64,000 bases of DNA from Patescibacteria group bacterium (lineage in GTDB: Bacteria; Patescibacteriota; Minisyncoccia; Phycocordibacterales; SIBU01): contig JAZJZC010000001.1 of the NCBI GenBank assembly GCA_040390045.1, positions 172,005 through 236,004 of the forward strand. Direction: 5' to 3'. Below are positions 1-9,224 of the stretch, piece after piece. The notes beneath the pieces are model-generated. The model had not been told where the DNA came from. It did no database searches and was given only the letters and a program-made list of their open reading frames with translations. Position 1 is the stretch's first letter, and each line of letters begins with the position of its first letter. A program made the position numbers and the translations under genes.

Positions 1-237
1 GAAAATCTCCTTTCAGCTCAGGATGAACGCCTCTACAAATTGACGCAAGAAAAAGGACTTGCACAAGCGCTCAAAGAAATGGGAGCTCACTTCCGCTGTG
101 CTCACTGGCGTCGACCGCCGGGCAAAGGAGATGACGGTTCAGCGTTGAAAACCGTCCACGTTAAATCCTGTTTTGTCAGACCCGACCGACTTCCTCCCGA
201 AGGATTGCCGCCCGGCACCGAAATGCAGGTAGTTTAA
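1..237 (+). CDS. 3' end of a gene that starts before the window (open frame from base 1; GC-rich); product unknown
   Basis: Frame 1 is open from position 1 to the stop at 235-237; no recognisable motif. Confidence 0.3.
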   Translation, partial: ENLLSAQDERLYKLTQEKGLAQALKEMGAHFRCAHWRRPPGKGDDGSALKTVHVKSCFVRPDRLPPEGLPPGTEMQVV

Positions 238-253
238 ACTGAGCTCTTTTCGC

Positions 254-291
254 ACCGCTAAACGATAATTCGTTTAGCGGTTTTTATTTTT
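254..291 (+). terminator. Rho-independent terminator hairpin (accgctaaacg/cgtttagcggt) followed by a T-run
   Basis: 11-bp inverted repeat with a 6-nt loop, then ttttatttttt. Confidence 0.6.
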
Positions 292-737
292 TAAAACAAC
301 CCTTTAATTGTATTCCACGGAACAGCCACAAAAAGCGTGCCGATAAAAACGAGCCCGAGGCCTATCCCCGATTGTACCGTGATGCCTTCGAGCAAAACCA
401 CAGCGGCGAGAATGGCAGTGAACACAATTGAAAGTTTGTCGATGACTGTGACGGCTACAGTCGGGCCGGCGGCGAGCGCTTGGTAGAAAAATATCCACGA
501 CAGTGCTCCACCAACGCCTGAGAGAATAACAAAGAGCCACTGTTTCGACGAAAGTGACTGTAAGGATGTCATGGAAATTTTTCCGAAAGAAAGCGCGGCA
601 AGCGTCACGATTATTGCCATCACAATACCGCGGATGGCGGTGAGCAAATTAGCGTCAACACCTTTAAGCCCGAGTTTGGCAAAAATTGTTCCCAAACTTG
701 CCATGACAGCGCCGATGAGCGCGTAGAGAATATACAT
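291..737 (-). CDS. EamA/DMT-superfamily small membrane transporter (half-size, 4-5 TM)
   Basis: Hydrophobic 148-aa protein with EamA-like helices (FAKLGLKGVDANLLTAIRG... GGALSWIFFYQAL). Confidence 0.55.
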   Translation of the reverse strand: MYILYALIGAVMASLGTIFAKLGLKGVDANLLTAIRGIVMAIIVTLAALSFGKISMTSLQSLSSKQWLFVILSGVGGALSWIFFYQALAAGPTVAVTVIDKLSIVFTAILAAVVLLEGITVQSGIGLGLVFIGTLFVAVPWNTIKGLF

Positions 738-861
738 CTCTGAATCATATCACGGAAACCCTAGGGCAAACCCACTCAGAGAAATTGTTGACAAACGCTT
801 ATAGATTTGTTATAATTTTTGTCCTTAGGTTACTTCTAATTTTTGCTTAAGGAGTCACACC

Positions 862-1638
862 ATGTCTCCTACCCTTCACATTACTCGAGAGAAAAACCCG
901 AAAGCAATTTCTGTTTCGGGTATTTTTCAGTGCATTTTTTCCGGACTACTATTTTTTCAATTGGCCATTGTAATCCTTGGTTTTAATTTTTCAAAAACGT
1001 CCTTCGAACCAGCTCAAGTCTTGTTTGCTAAAACACCGGCGGAAAAAATCGTCAGTAGCGGTCTTCCTCGAATTGCGAGAGTAGATCGAAAAGAGCCTGA
1101 GGTTCCGGTAAAAATTGCCGCCAAAAAAGTAACTCTTGCCACTTCGGACATTGTTCAAAAATTACCCGCGGCACGTCTGAAAATTCCAAAGATTACCGTT
1201 GATGCTTCTATTATAGACATGGGGCTGACAGAAAATGGCGCCATGGCCGTTCCAAACAATCGCGTGAACGTCGGTTGGTTTAGTCTTGGAACCCGTCCCG
1301 GCCAAACTGGAAGTGCCGTCATCGGAGCACACAATCGCTGGAATTCACAGGATGGAGTTTTTGCTCACCTTGATCAATTGGAAATTGGTGACATCGTCTC
1401 AATCGTAGACACAAGTGGCATCTCGATTTCTTTCGTAGTTCGAGATTTTAAAATGTACGACGCGACAGATACACACACAAATGATATATTTGAATCCGAG
1501 AACGGCGCTCACTTGAACCTGATCACCTGTAGTGGCGACTGGGATCCGGCGACAAAAAGTTTTGCCAAACGTTTGATTATTTTCACCGACCTCGTTGATA
1601 CTCCGACAGCAATCGCCATGGTTCCACAAACACTGTAA
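862..1638 (+). CDS. Sortase-family transpeptidase
   Basis: N-terminal TM anchor; catalytic His region (IGAHN) and TLxTC motif (LNLITCSGDW). Confidence 0.75.
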   Translation: MSPTLHITREKNPKAISVSGIFQCIFSGLLFFQLAIVILGFNFSKTSFEPAQVLFAKTPAEKIVSSGLPRIARVDRKEPEVPVKIAAKKVTLATSDIVQKLPAARLKIPKITVDASIIDMGLTENGAMAVPNNRVNVGWFSLGTRPGQTGSAVIGAHNRWNSQDGVFAHLDQLEIGDIVSIVDTSGISISFVVRDFKMYDATDTHTNDIFESENGAHLNLITCSGDWDPATKSFAKRLIIFTDLVDTPTAIAMVPQTL

Positions 1639-1662
1639 TCTTTTTCTACTTAACCGGCATAT

Positions 1663-2463
1663 ATGCTGATGAATCTAAAAAAACTACATTCAAACAAGCC
1701 CTTTTTCTACGGAAGTCTTGGCGTGGCAATTCTTTTGCTTATTGTTGCAGGGTTTTACATTCAAAAATTAATCACCTATTACGCAAATTCAACCGAGTAC
1801 TTTGAAGTGCAAAACAGTTGCAATTTCGAATTCGTGGGAGATTGCGTCAACGTGCGATCTGGACCTGGAGAAAAATATTCTATTGTCACTCGCCTGCGCA
1901 ATGGTGTGGTTCTCGAAGTTGCTGACAGAGTACAGCAAGATGGGCGTACCTGGTACAAAATTGGTTTCGGCCAAGAATTGATATATCCCGAGCGCGTCTC
2001 GGGTGGCTGGTATGTGGCGGCTGATCTTGTTCGTACATTTAGAAATGAAGGAGATGTCTTAATCAAAAAAGGAGAAGTTGCTACAACCAAGAAACGCATT
2101 GTGGTAGATCTTTCAGAAGAAAAACTTTTCGCCTACGACGGTGATCAGTTGTTTATGGAAGAATCAATTTCAACCGGACTTGATCTGACACCTACCGACC
2201 TCGGCACGTTCCAAATTTTCAAAATGACCCCAAGCCGATTTATGCAAGGACCAATTCCAGGTGTGAGCGATCAGGTCTACGACCTACCCGGAGTGCCTTG
2301 GGATTTATATTTTACGGGAAGTGGCGCGGCCATTCACGGCGCCTATTGGCACAACCATTTTGGAGAACAGTGGTCTCATGGCTGTGTTAATCTTCCCGTT
2401 GAAAGCGCCAAAAAGCTCTATTCTTGGGCCGAAATTGGGACAAAGGTTATTGTCCAAAATTAG
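1663..2463 (+). CDS. L,D-transpeptidase (YkuD family) with an N-terminal SH3b-like domain
   Basis: SH3b-like segment (VNVRSGPGEKYSIVTRLRNGVVLEV); YkuD catalytic core ending in HGCVNLP. Confidence 0.75.
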   Translation: MLMNLKKLHSNKPFFYGSLGVAILLLIVAGFYIQKLITYYANSTEYFEVQNSCNFEFVGDCVNVRSGPGEKYSIVTRLRNGVVLEVADRVQQDGRTWYKIGFGQELIYPERVSGGWYVAADLVRTFRNEGDVLIKKGEVATTKKRIVVDLSEEKLFAYDGDQLFMEESISTGLDLTPTDLGTFQIFKMTPSRFMQGPIPGVSDQVYDLPGVPWDLYFTGSGAAIHGAYWHNHFGEQWSHGCVNLPVESAKKLYSWAEIGTKVIVQN

Positions 2464-2515
2464 ACCACAAAAAAGCCTTGCTAACTAGGTCTCTATCTGA
2501 GATGCTGGATAGGTT

Positions 2516-3166
2516 ATGTTCGTTGCAGTACCCCCAAATATTTTTCAAAATACTCCAGTTTCCACAGCACAGATTGAAACTGTGTTGCCCGAAGTGTATA
2601 AAAATTTTTCCCTCGCCGCTTCAACCTCAACTATTCCGGTAGTCCCCTTCTTTTCACAATTTAAAGATATTGCTTCTCCGACCTGGCAAAAAGTGGGTTG
2701 TGGTGTTGCGAGCTTGGCAATGGTAATTAATTATTTCGAACTAGATTCTGTATCGGTTACAACACTACTCAATCGAGGTATCGCCTCCGGCGCCTATCTG
2801 AAAAACGCCGGTTGGATTCACCAGGGTTTGATTGACCTATCGAAAAAATATGAGCTTGATGGAAAATCCTTCGACCTTTCAAAATTAGATTCGAAGGCTG
2901 CGCTTGCCGCATTTGAGAAAAATCTAAAAGATGGCCCCGTCATCGCGTCTGTCCATTACAAATTTGAACCGACCAATCCCATTCCACATCTTGTAGTAAT
3001 TAACGCTATTGAAAATGGCATCGTCTACTACAACGACCCCGCCGCCAAAACTGGCGGAAAAACTATTTCCACTACAGATTTTCTCAAAAGCTGGAAAAAG
3101 AAATTCATCGCTATCAGACCAGTGCAACAAGTTGCAAAAGCAACGTCATTGACTCTGCATATCTAA
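2516..3166 (+). CDS. Peptidase C39-like (papain-fold cysteine peptidase) domain protein
   Basis: WQKVGCGVASLAM cysteine motif and downstream His (PHLVVIN), typical of the Peptidase_C39_2/BtrH family. Confidence 0.5.
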   Translation: MFVAVPPNIFQNTPVSTAQIETVLPEVYKNFSLAASTSTIPVVPFFSQFKDIASPTWQKVGCGVASLAMVINYFELDSVSVTTLLNRGIASGAYLKNAGWIHQGLIDLSKKYELDGKSFDLSKLDSKAALAAFEKNLKDGPVIASVHYKFEPTNPIPHLVVINAIENGIVYYNDPAAKTGGKTISTTDFLKSWKKKFIAIRPVQQVAKATSLTLHI

Positions 3167-3184
3167 ATTTCGCCGTTTTGCAAT

Positions 3185-5056
3185 TTATCCGTGCAACCCG
3201 ATCTGCAACTCGAAAAGCCTCCGATATTCTCCGCCAGAAATTTTCAAAAGTTCGTCGTGATTGCCGTTTTCAATCAGTTTCCCCTCTTTGAAAACTAAAA
3301 TCTTGTTGGCTTTTCGTACAGTACTCAAGCGATGCGCGATGATAAACGTAGTTTTGTCTTTCATCAAGACATCGAGTGAGTCGGTAATAATTTTCTCAGA
3401 CCCCGCATCAAGCGCGGCGGTTGGCTCATCGAGGATTAAAATTCGAGGATTACGCAAGATGGCGCGAGCGATGGCCACACGCTGTTTCTGACCAACAGAT
3501 AATTTAATTCCCCGCTGTCCCACCATCTGATTCCACTTGTCCGGAAATTTCTGAATGAAATCAAGGGCATGAGCTCGCTTGGCGGCGGCTTCCATCTGCT
3601 CGTTTGTCGCGTGGAAATTGCCGTACTTAATATTAGTTTTGATCGTATCGTTAAATAAAACAACTTCCTGCGGCACAACCGCGATTTGCGAACGATACGA
3701 ATACAGATCGACAGCGTCAATCGATACACCGTCGATTGTGACTTTTCCCTCTGTAGGAAAATGATACGCAGACATGAGATCAATCAAGGTGCTTTTGCCG
3801 ACACCCGACTCTCCGACGAGCGCAATCACCTCACCTGCTTGTACTTTGAAAGAAATGTCCGTGAGTACCGGTTTGCCATTTTCATACTGAAATGAGACGT
3901 GATCAAAAACAATATCTCCACGAACCGCGAACGGCTTTGATCCCGCCGGGTGATAATTTTCTGTCGGCAGGGCTAAAATCTTTTCCGTTTCTTGAATATT
4001 GATAACGCCGTTGTGAATTGTCTGCCAATTGCGCGCAAGTGTCATGAACGGCCCGAAGATCATGGCGGCGTAGGCGTTAAAGGCCAACAGTTCTCCGATC
4101 GTCATCGTGCCTTGGTGGATGTAGTAGATTGAAAAAAGAAAAATTAAAATTTGAGTGATAAGAATAATAACGCGCTGATACAAATTGAGTCCGCTCCATG
4201 CTTTTGTCAGCCGCATCCACAATGGAAGTGCCACCCGTGCGTTCTCGGCCATTTTGTTTTTTTCATATTCCTCGGCCGTCGCTTGTTTGATCGCCATGGT
4301 GTTATCGATCATTTCATAGGCATCGCCCCAAATGACATTGAATACTTTGTCATAATATTCTTTTTGATACTGACTCAAGGGTTGCACTTTTTTAGCAATA
4401 ATAGCGGCGTAGAGCATGAGTCCCACCAAAAGAAACGCGGCCAAAACTGGTTTCAAAATAAAACCAATCACAAGCGCGATCACAATACTCAAAAGTTGCG
4501 GCGCCAAATCAATCACTACTCGGCCGGCAATAGTCTCGAGCGATCCGGCCGCATTATTTATTTTATTTCCAATCTCGCCAATTTTGTTGGTCTTATGAAA
4601 ACTCATCGGTAAATTAACCAGGAAACTAAAACCTTTGGCCATGTAGTCGAGCCAAATATAATTGGAAAGATATTCACTCTTGATTTGAATTCGCCAGTCT
4701 ATCGTTGAGGTAATCAATTGAACAGTCGCCCAAAGAATAAGAAGCGCAACGTAGAGCGGTAAAACAGCGCCAGAAATAGTTACCACACCGGGCGTGATGA
4801 TCGCGTCAAAAAATCGACCAGCAATGTATGGCACAATACCGTTGCCGATTGCGGATAAAATACCGATGATACTGAGGATAATGATATCTTTGCGATAACT
4901 GGCGAGATATTTGAAAAGTACTTTAAATCCTGTGTACAGACTCTGTGCGGTAATTTTATCCTGTGGTTCTTTTGATTCTTCTTTTTTTTCAGATTCAGTC
5001 TCGGACTCTTTTGGCTCAACCACCACCTCTTCAGTTGTAGTATTTTGATTTTCCAT
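3185..5056 (-). CDS. ABC exporter, fused permease/ATP-binding protein (MsbA-like)
   Basis: Six-TM N-terminal domain; Walker A GESGVGKST; signature LSVGQKQRVAIARA; Walker B ILILDEPTAALD. Confidence 0.85.
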   Translation of the reverse strand: MENQNTTTEEVVVEPKESETESEKKEESKEPQDKITAQSLYTGFKVLFKYLASYRKDIIILSIIGILSAIGNGIVPYIAGRFFDAIITPGVVTISGAVLPLYVALLILWATVQLITSTIDWRIQIKSEYLSNYIWLDYMAKGFSFLVNLPMSFHKTNKIGEIGNKINNAAGSLETIAGRVVIDLAPQLLSIVIALVIGFILKPVLAAFLLVGLMLYAAIIAKKVQPLSQYQKEYYDKVFNVIWGDAYEMIDNTMAIKQATAEEYEKNKMAENARVALPLWMRLTKAWSGLNLYQRVIILITQILIFLFSIYYIHQGTMTIGELLAFNAYAAMIFGPFMTLARNWQTIHNGVINIQETEKILALPTENYHPAGSKPFAVRGDIVFDHVSFQYENGKPVLTDISFKVQAGEVIALVGESGVGKSTLIDLMSAYHFPTEGKVTIDGVSIDAVDLYSYRSQIAVVPQEVVLFNDTIKTNIKYGNFHATNEQMEAAAKRAHALDFIQKFPDKWNQMVGQRGIKLSVGQKQRVAIARAILRNPRILILDEPTAALDAGSEKIITDSLDVLMKDKTTFIIAHRLSTVRKANKILVFKEGKLIENGNHDELLKISGGEYRRLFELQIGLHG

Positions 5057-5124
5057 GCAAACAATATATCGCAGATTGGCTTGAAATGAAAACTTTTTCT
5101 CGGATCGTGTTTTTTAAAAAATAC

Positions 5125-5168
5125 TTTCGGCTTAATTTAGAGACCATGGTCTCTAAATTAAGCCGAAA
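5125..5168. repeat. 44-bp perfect palindrome (tttcggcttaatttagagacc.at.ggtctctaaattaagccgaaa); related copy at 50192..50224
   Basis: 21-bp arms are exact reverse complements; core cttaatttagagaccat recurs 45 kb away. Confidence 0.7.
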
Positions 5169-5212
5169 TAAAAAACTCCCGCGTGTAAACGGGAGTGTGA
5201 CTTCCAAAAATG

Positions 5213-5935
5213 TTAGCGGATAGCTTCCAGCAGTCTTCGGGCGTCATGGACATGCCCGAGAAGAACCGGATCCTGCGTATGCGTTTGAATCTCCTCAAGG
5301 GTTGCCCGCACCCAGTCGCGGCCCCTGAACGAGCGTGTACGTCTCGATCTTTCGACAAGATAGGTCGCCACTTCGTCAATCGACACCTCAAACAACTCAG
5401 GGCCGGACTGGCCGACGCAAAGCTTCCTGAGACTTCGGTCTGGCCCCGCGAGAAATAGATTCTGATTTCTCCTCAATGCCCATGCCTCCAACTTTCTCGG
5501 TTGCTGGCGGGGGTGTCGGGTGTCACCTCGATCCGTGCCATGCCGCCAAAGTGGCTCATCGTTGTGGTTCTCCCCTCCCGGCCAAAAATAAATTTTTGTG
5601 GAAGAAACGAAGGGTTCCCCAAACCTGAGCTCATTGGTGTCGAAGGCCACGATGTAGCCATCAAACCGTTCCCGGCAATCGAGGGCAAGCTCACCTCTTC
5701 CGATTCCGGCAGACAAGATAAACCCGTCTTGAACGCTTGCTGGATGAAACCCAACAGCCAACTCAATGTGGCTTTGAAACTGAGGATTGATGGCGATAAA
5801 GCATCCATCATCTCTGAGTTCGAACGGAATTCCGGGAAAGAGTTGCCCACAAGCGATCCGGTAACAATTGCTATTCATAAAAATAAGACAGAACAAACTA
5901 GGTCGCAGAATACTGGATTGACAAGGGTTTGTCAA
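5213..5935 (-). CDS. Hypothetical ORF in a high-GC island (coding status uncertain)
   Basis: 240-aa ORF in ~57% GC DNA unlike its flanks; no recognisable motif; several overlapping ORFs in other frames. Confidence 0.25.
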   Translation of the reverse strand: MTNPCQSSILRPSLFCLIFMNSNCYRIACGQLFPGIPFELRDDGCFIAINPQFQSHIELAVGFHPASVQDGFILSAGIGRGELALDCRERFDGYIVAFDTNELRFGEPFVSSTKIYFWPGGENHNDEPLWRHGTDRGDTRHPRQQPRKLEAWALRRNQNLFLAGPDRSLRKLCVGQSGPELFEVSIDEVATYLVERSRRTRSFRGRDWVRATLEEIQTHTQDPVLLGHVHDARRLLEAIR

Positions 5936-5990
5936 TATTTCCTAGAACGAAAAAATTCACAGGTGACCTCTCGGTTGCTATACTTTCCAA

Positions 5991-6487
5991 ATGCTAAAAG
6001 CCGTCATTTTTGATCTCAATGGAATTCTCATTCAAAGCCCAAAATTGAGCGAACGGTTTGAAAAAGATTTCGGAATTCCTGTTGCTACATTTCTGCCGAA
6101 ACTTTCAGAAAATATGGAAAAAACCCGACAACCAGAAGCGGGCGGAAGTTTTCAATACTGGAAGCCTGTGTTGCAAGAATGGAAAATCAATTTGTCGGAA
6201 CAAGAATTTTGGGACTATTGGTAAAAGAGCCAGTTCACAATCTAACCGCAACGGTAAGTGCGAAACAGAGCTTGCCTGCTAAAACTTCAAAATTTCGGCT
6301 GCAAATCACCCACTTCTCGTCAACGTATCTCGATATGTTTCCTCGAATTGTCTGATTTTCGCACGAAATTTTGAAGTTTTATCTAGGCATTAGATTGTTC
6401 ACTGGCTCTTAGGCTGAAACCGTCTCAAAAACGATGATTGATTTTTGTAAAGAACTGCGTGCGAAATTTCTTACCAATGAAAAATCC
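5991..6487 (+). pseudogene. HAD-superfamily hydrolase, disrupted (N-terminal 77 codons intact, remainder fragmented)
   Basis: HAD motif I-like VIFDLNGIL at the N-terminus; stop at 6225-6227; possible continuation MIDFCKELRAKFLTNEKS near 6440 in another frame. Confidence 0.4.
6281..6380. repeat. 17-bp inverted repeats (aaaacttcaaaatttcg / cgaaattttgaagtttt) bracketing a ~66-bp spacer inside the disrupted HAD gene
   Basis: Arms at 6281-6297 and 6364-6380 are exact reverse complements. Confidence 0.6.
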
Positions 6488-6526
6488 CCGCGAAAATGAT
6501 GTCGCGAGGATACGAAACGCAGAAGC

Positions 6527-6922
6527 TTAAAAAAGCATCTTCGGCAGAGGTTTGAAACCAAGATCTCGATAGATAGCGAAATACGCGCTGGTGTTGTTCA
6601 TGCCCAAAGTTTGGGTCTGTCCATCTACGTCGACAGAAGTTGTGTCATCGGGATCGCCGACACGATCGGGGTTTGCCCGCCACGTTGCTTCCCGCTCCTT
6701 GAAAAGAGTCATGATTTGGGGAAACGTCGGTCGCTTCTCTGGTTTGAAAAGCGCTGAGCGCTCGAAAATTCGGACCGCCGCGACGCGCCCATCTGAAACA
6801 AACGGGATCAAAAAGACAACGATTTGCAGAACCTCCTGCGGGGTGTATTTGCGACTAAGATCCTCAATCAGGATTGAACTAAATGCTTGTGTGTTCATGT
6901 TTTTTGGGAATGTGCCTAGCAA
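6527..6922 (-). CDS. Hypothetical protein
   Basis: 131-aa ORF; no recognisable motif; moderately GC-rich. Confidence 0.3.
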   Translation of the reverse strand: MLGTFPKNMNTQAFSSILIEDLSRKYTPQEVLQIVVFLIPFVSDGRVAAVRIFERSALFKPEKRPTFPQIMTLFKEREATWRANPDRVGDPDDTTSVDVDGQTQTLGMNNTSAYFAIYRDLGFKPLPKMLF

Positions 6923-7005
6923 AAACTTCTACATATGAATATATCAGTATTGTCTTTTTTGTAAACCTTGTTGAGAACCCATCAAAATGAGATACTGTTA
7001 TTACA

Positions 7006-7263
7006 ATGCCTCAGAAAAAATCCACCGCAAAATCAAATATCGTATATCACAAAGACGGTAGTATCTGGGCCAAGGGCAAAATGGTTAACGGAGTTTCTGA
7101 TGGGTATTGGAAATGGTTTCGAAAACCCACCAAAACGGGCGGTGCAATCGGCATGATCATGCGTTCTGGTCATTTCAAAAAAGGGAAACAGGTTGGCGAG
7201 TGGATTACGTATGACAAGGCGGGAAAAATTTACAAAGTTACTACTATCAAAATCACAAAGTAA
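7006..7263 (+). CDS. MORN-variant repeat protein (YwqK-like)
   Basis: Repeats of the DG-x-W-x-x-(Y/F)...G form (HKDGSIWAKGKMVNGVSDGYWKWF...GHFKKGKQVGEWITY). Confidence 0.45.
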   Translation: MPQKKSTAKSNIVYHKDGSIWAKGKMVNGVSDGYWKWFRKPTKTGGAIGMIMRSGHFKKGKQVGEWITYDKAGKIYKVTTIKITK

Positions 7264-7268
7264 CTAAA

Positions 7269-7775
7269 ATGGAAAACGAAATTTTATTTGCCGAGACTCA
7301 AAAGTTTAAACAGTGGTGGCTGTGGATTTTACTTGCGGGTATTCCGGTACTGTTCTTTTTTGGCGCGTATGCGCAAATAGGATTAGGAATACAACTGAGC
7401 GACAAACCGATGACTGATACTAAAATTATACTGGCTTCTCTGTTTTGTCTCCTGCCTCTCGTGTTGTTTTATAGTTTCAAACTTGAAACCGAAATTAAAC
7501 TCGATGGTTTGTATGTTCGCTTCTTCCCGCTTCACATCACTTTTCGAAAATACGCCTGGCCAAAAATGACCAAATGTTTCGTCCGACAATACAAACCCGT
7601 TCGCGAGTACGGTGGCTGGGGTTTGCGTGGGCTTGGTAAAAAACGAGCGCTCAGTGTTTCGGGCGATCAGGGGTTACAACTCGAATTTGTAAGCGGCAAC
7701 ACACTACTCATTGGAACGGCTAAGCCCGCGGAACTGACAGAGGTACTCAAAAAAATAGGAAAGCTAAAACAGTAG
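7269..7775 (+). CDS. Hypothetical membrane protein
   Basis: Two or three predicted TM helices; no recognisable motif. Confidence 0.4.
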   Translation: MENEILFAETQKFKQWWLWILLAGIPVLFFFGAYAQIGLGIQLSDKPMTDTKIILASLFCLLPLVLFYSFKLETEIKLDGLYVRFFPLHITFRKYAWPKMTKCFVRQYKPVREYGGWGLRGLGKKRALSVSGDQGLQLEFVSGNTLLIGTAKPAELTEVLKKIGKLKQ

Positions 7776-7811
7776 AGCGGTATTTACTAAATTTGTGCTA
7801 CAATTTAAACA

Positions 7812-8090
7812 ATGGAAACCTTAATGAAAGCTGATATTTTCTTTTTTATCACAGGGATAGCTGTAATAGTTTTAGCCCTTCTTACGGCTATACTTATGTA
7901 CTACTTAATAAAGGCGGCGAAGAATCTGTATTCTTTGACCGAAACTATTAAAAATGGAGTTAAAGAATCTGAAGAGTTTATTATGGACATCAAGGATCGT
8001 TTTGACAGCAACATGATTTTGAGAATGTTCTTCCCTGCTTCGCGCAGAAAAAAGCGAGCAACCGTAAAAGAAGCCGAAGTTAAAAGCTAA
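7812..8090 (+). CDS. Small membrane protein
   Basis: Single N-terminal TM helix; 92 aa. Confidence 0.35.
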   Translation: METLMKADIFFFITGIAVIVLALLTAILMYYLIKAAKNLYSLTETIKNGVKESEEFIMDIKDRFDSNMILRMFFPASRRKKRATVKEAEVKS

Positions 8091-8101
8091 TCTTAAAAAA
8101 T

Positions 8102-8494
8102 ATGCAAAAGAAAAAAGTAGAAGAAGGATCGGGTGCAATGAAATTAGGAATGATTGGCGTGGGTTTGGCCGGCCTTGCCGCTACCGCCTATTTTTTCCTC
8201 AGCCCAAAAGCTAAACAGCATCAGAAACATGCTAAGGCTTGGGCGATCAAAATGAAAGGCGATGTTATTGAAAAACTTGAACAAGCAAAAGAAGTCAGCG
8301 AACCAGTCTACCGTGAAATTATCGATTCAGTTTCCAAAGATTATGAAAAAGGCATGAAAGCCACGAAGGAAGAAATTGCTGAATTGGCTGAGGATTTGAA
8401 AAAGCATTGGAATACTATCAGTGCCACGGCTATGAAAGCCAAAAAAGAAGTGGTGAAGGGTGCGGGACGAGTGGCAAAAAAGGCGGGGCTTTAG
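8102..8494 (+). CDS. YtxH-like membrane-anchored protein
   Basis: Gly-zipper TM (GMIGVGLAGLAATAYFFLSPKAKQ) followed by a charged helical region. Confidence 0.45.
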   Translation: MQKKKVEEGSGAMKLGMIGVGLAGLAATAYFFLSPKAKQHQKHAKAWAIKMKGDVIEKLEQAKEVSEPVYREIIDSVSKDYEKGMKATKEEIAELAEDLKKHWNTISATAMKAKKEVVKGAGRVAKKAGL

Positions 8495-8562
8495 TCCCGA
8501 CGCGAAGACGGTCGGGATCCCGAACTCCGAGTACGGAGCATCGGGATTTTAAAAATAAAAAA

Positions 8563-8582
8563 GAGGTTCACGCGTGAACCTC
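8563..8582. terminator. Palindromic hairpin (gaggttcacg.cgtgaacctc) between convergent genes; A/T runs on both sides
   Basis: 20-bp perfect palindrome preceded by aaaaataaaaaa; overlaps the stop of 8568..9170(-). Confidence 0.5.
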
Positions 8583-9170
8583 TTGCGGCGAATTATTCTT
8601 AGGCTTAGTCACTCTGTCTGACCGACTAATGGAGATGCGCCGACCTCTTGGCGGCGGTTCGGGTGCATCTTCGGACAAGTTGATGCCGAGAAAGCGCGCA
8701 AGACTTGCTCTAGCACTTGAAACCTCAGGGAAACTCTTGTACCACGCTCTCCACTGCGCATCCGTGGCTTTGCTGTAGATTAGAGTGCCTAGCGGTCCTC
8801 GGTTGATCCCTACCTTGAAGACGAGATCTCGCCACTGCTCTGGCTCAAGTGGCAAAGCGCCAATGTGAGCAAGTGTGAAAGCTGTCCGTTTGGTAGTCGG
8901 TGCCCGAAAGTGCAACTTAGCCCAATGCGCAGGCGTAGTGGCTAAGGACACGGCCTTGCTCCACAAGAGAAGCTCGAGCCTTCTCTGGCCACAAAGCTCG
9001 TCGATGAGATCGAGGCACCGATCGAATGTACCCGCAGACAGAACCATCTTGCGAACCTGTGCCCGACTGAACTGCGTTTGCCGACCGGCAGGATTCACTC
9101 TTGCCCGCTTCTGCTCCGGTGACTTATCGAAAACTGAATCAAATGGAATTGCCATGACTTTTTCCTCCAA
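8568..9170 (-). CDS. Hypothetical protein in a high-GC island
   Basis: 200-aa ORF at ~55% GC with clean boundaries; no recognisable motif. Confidence 0.4.
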   Translation of the reverse strand: MEEKVMAIPFDSVFDKSPEQKRARVNPAGRQTQFSRAQVRKMVLSAGTFDRCLDLIDELCGQRRLELLLWSKAVSLATTPAHWAKLHFRAPTTKRTAFTLAHIGALPLEPEQWRDLVFKVGINRGPLGTLIYSKATDAQWRAWYKSFPEVSSARASLARFLGINLSEDAPEPPPRGRRISISRSDRVTKPKNNSPQEVHA

Positions 9171-9224
9171 CGTTTCTTAATTGATACTATAATTATCGAA
9201 AGCTATTGTAAAGCAAGAAAAAAT

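Noticed and set aside
304-540. 78-aa ORF antisense/out of frame within the EamA-like gene, and similar nested ORFs (e.g. 1399..1629, 1779..2099, 3261..3895, 4151..4612, 16103..16327, 17162..17599, 24278..24775, 34233..34511, 35075..35473, 60355..61011)
   Set aside because: They are embedded in stronger, motif-supported genes on the other strand or frame and have biased, low-complexity translations typical of shadow ORFs.
5501-6013. 170-aa plus-strand ORF across the high-GC block and into the HAD gene start
   Set aside because: No motifs; overlaps two other candidate ORFs; the composition-driven open frame is likely non-coding.
8875-9180. 101-aa plus-strand ORF in the GC-rich island
   Set aside because: It fully overlaps the longer minus-strand ORF 8568..9170; it is a high-GC shadow ORF.
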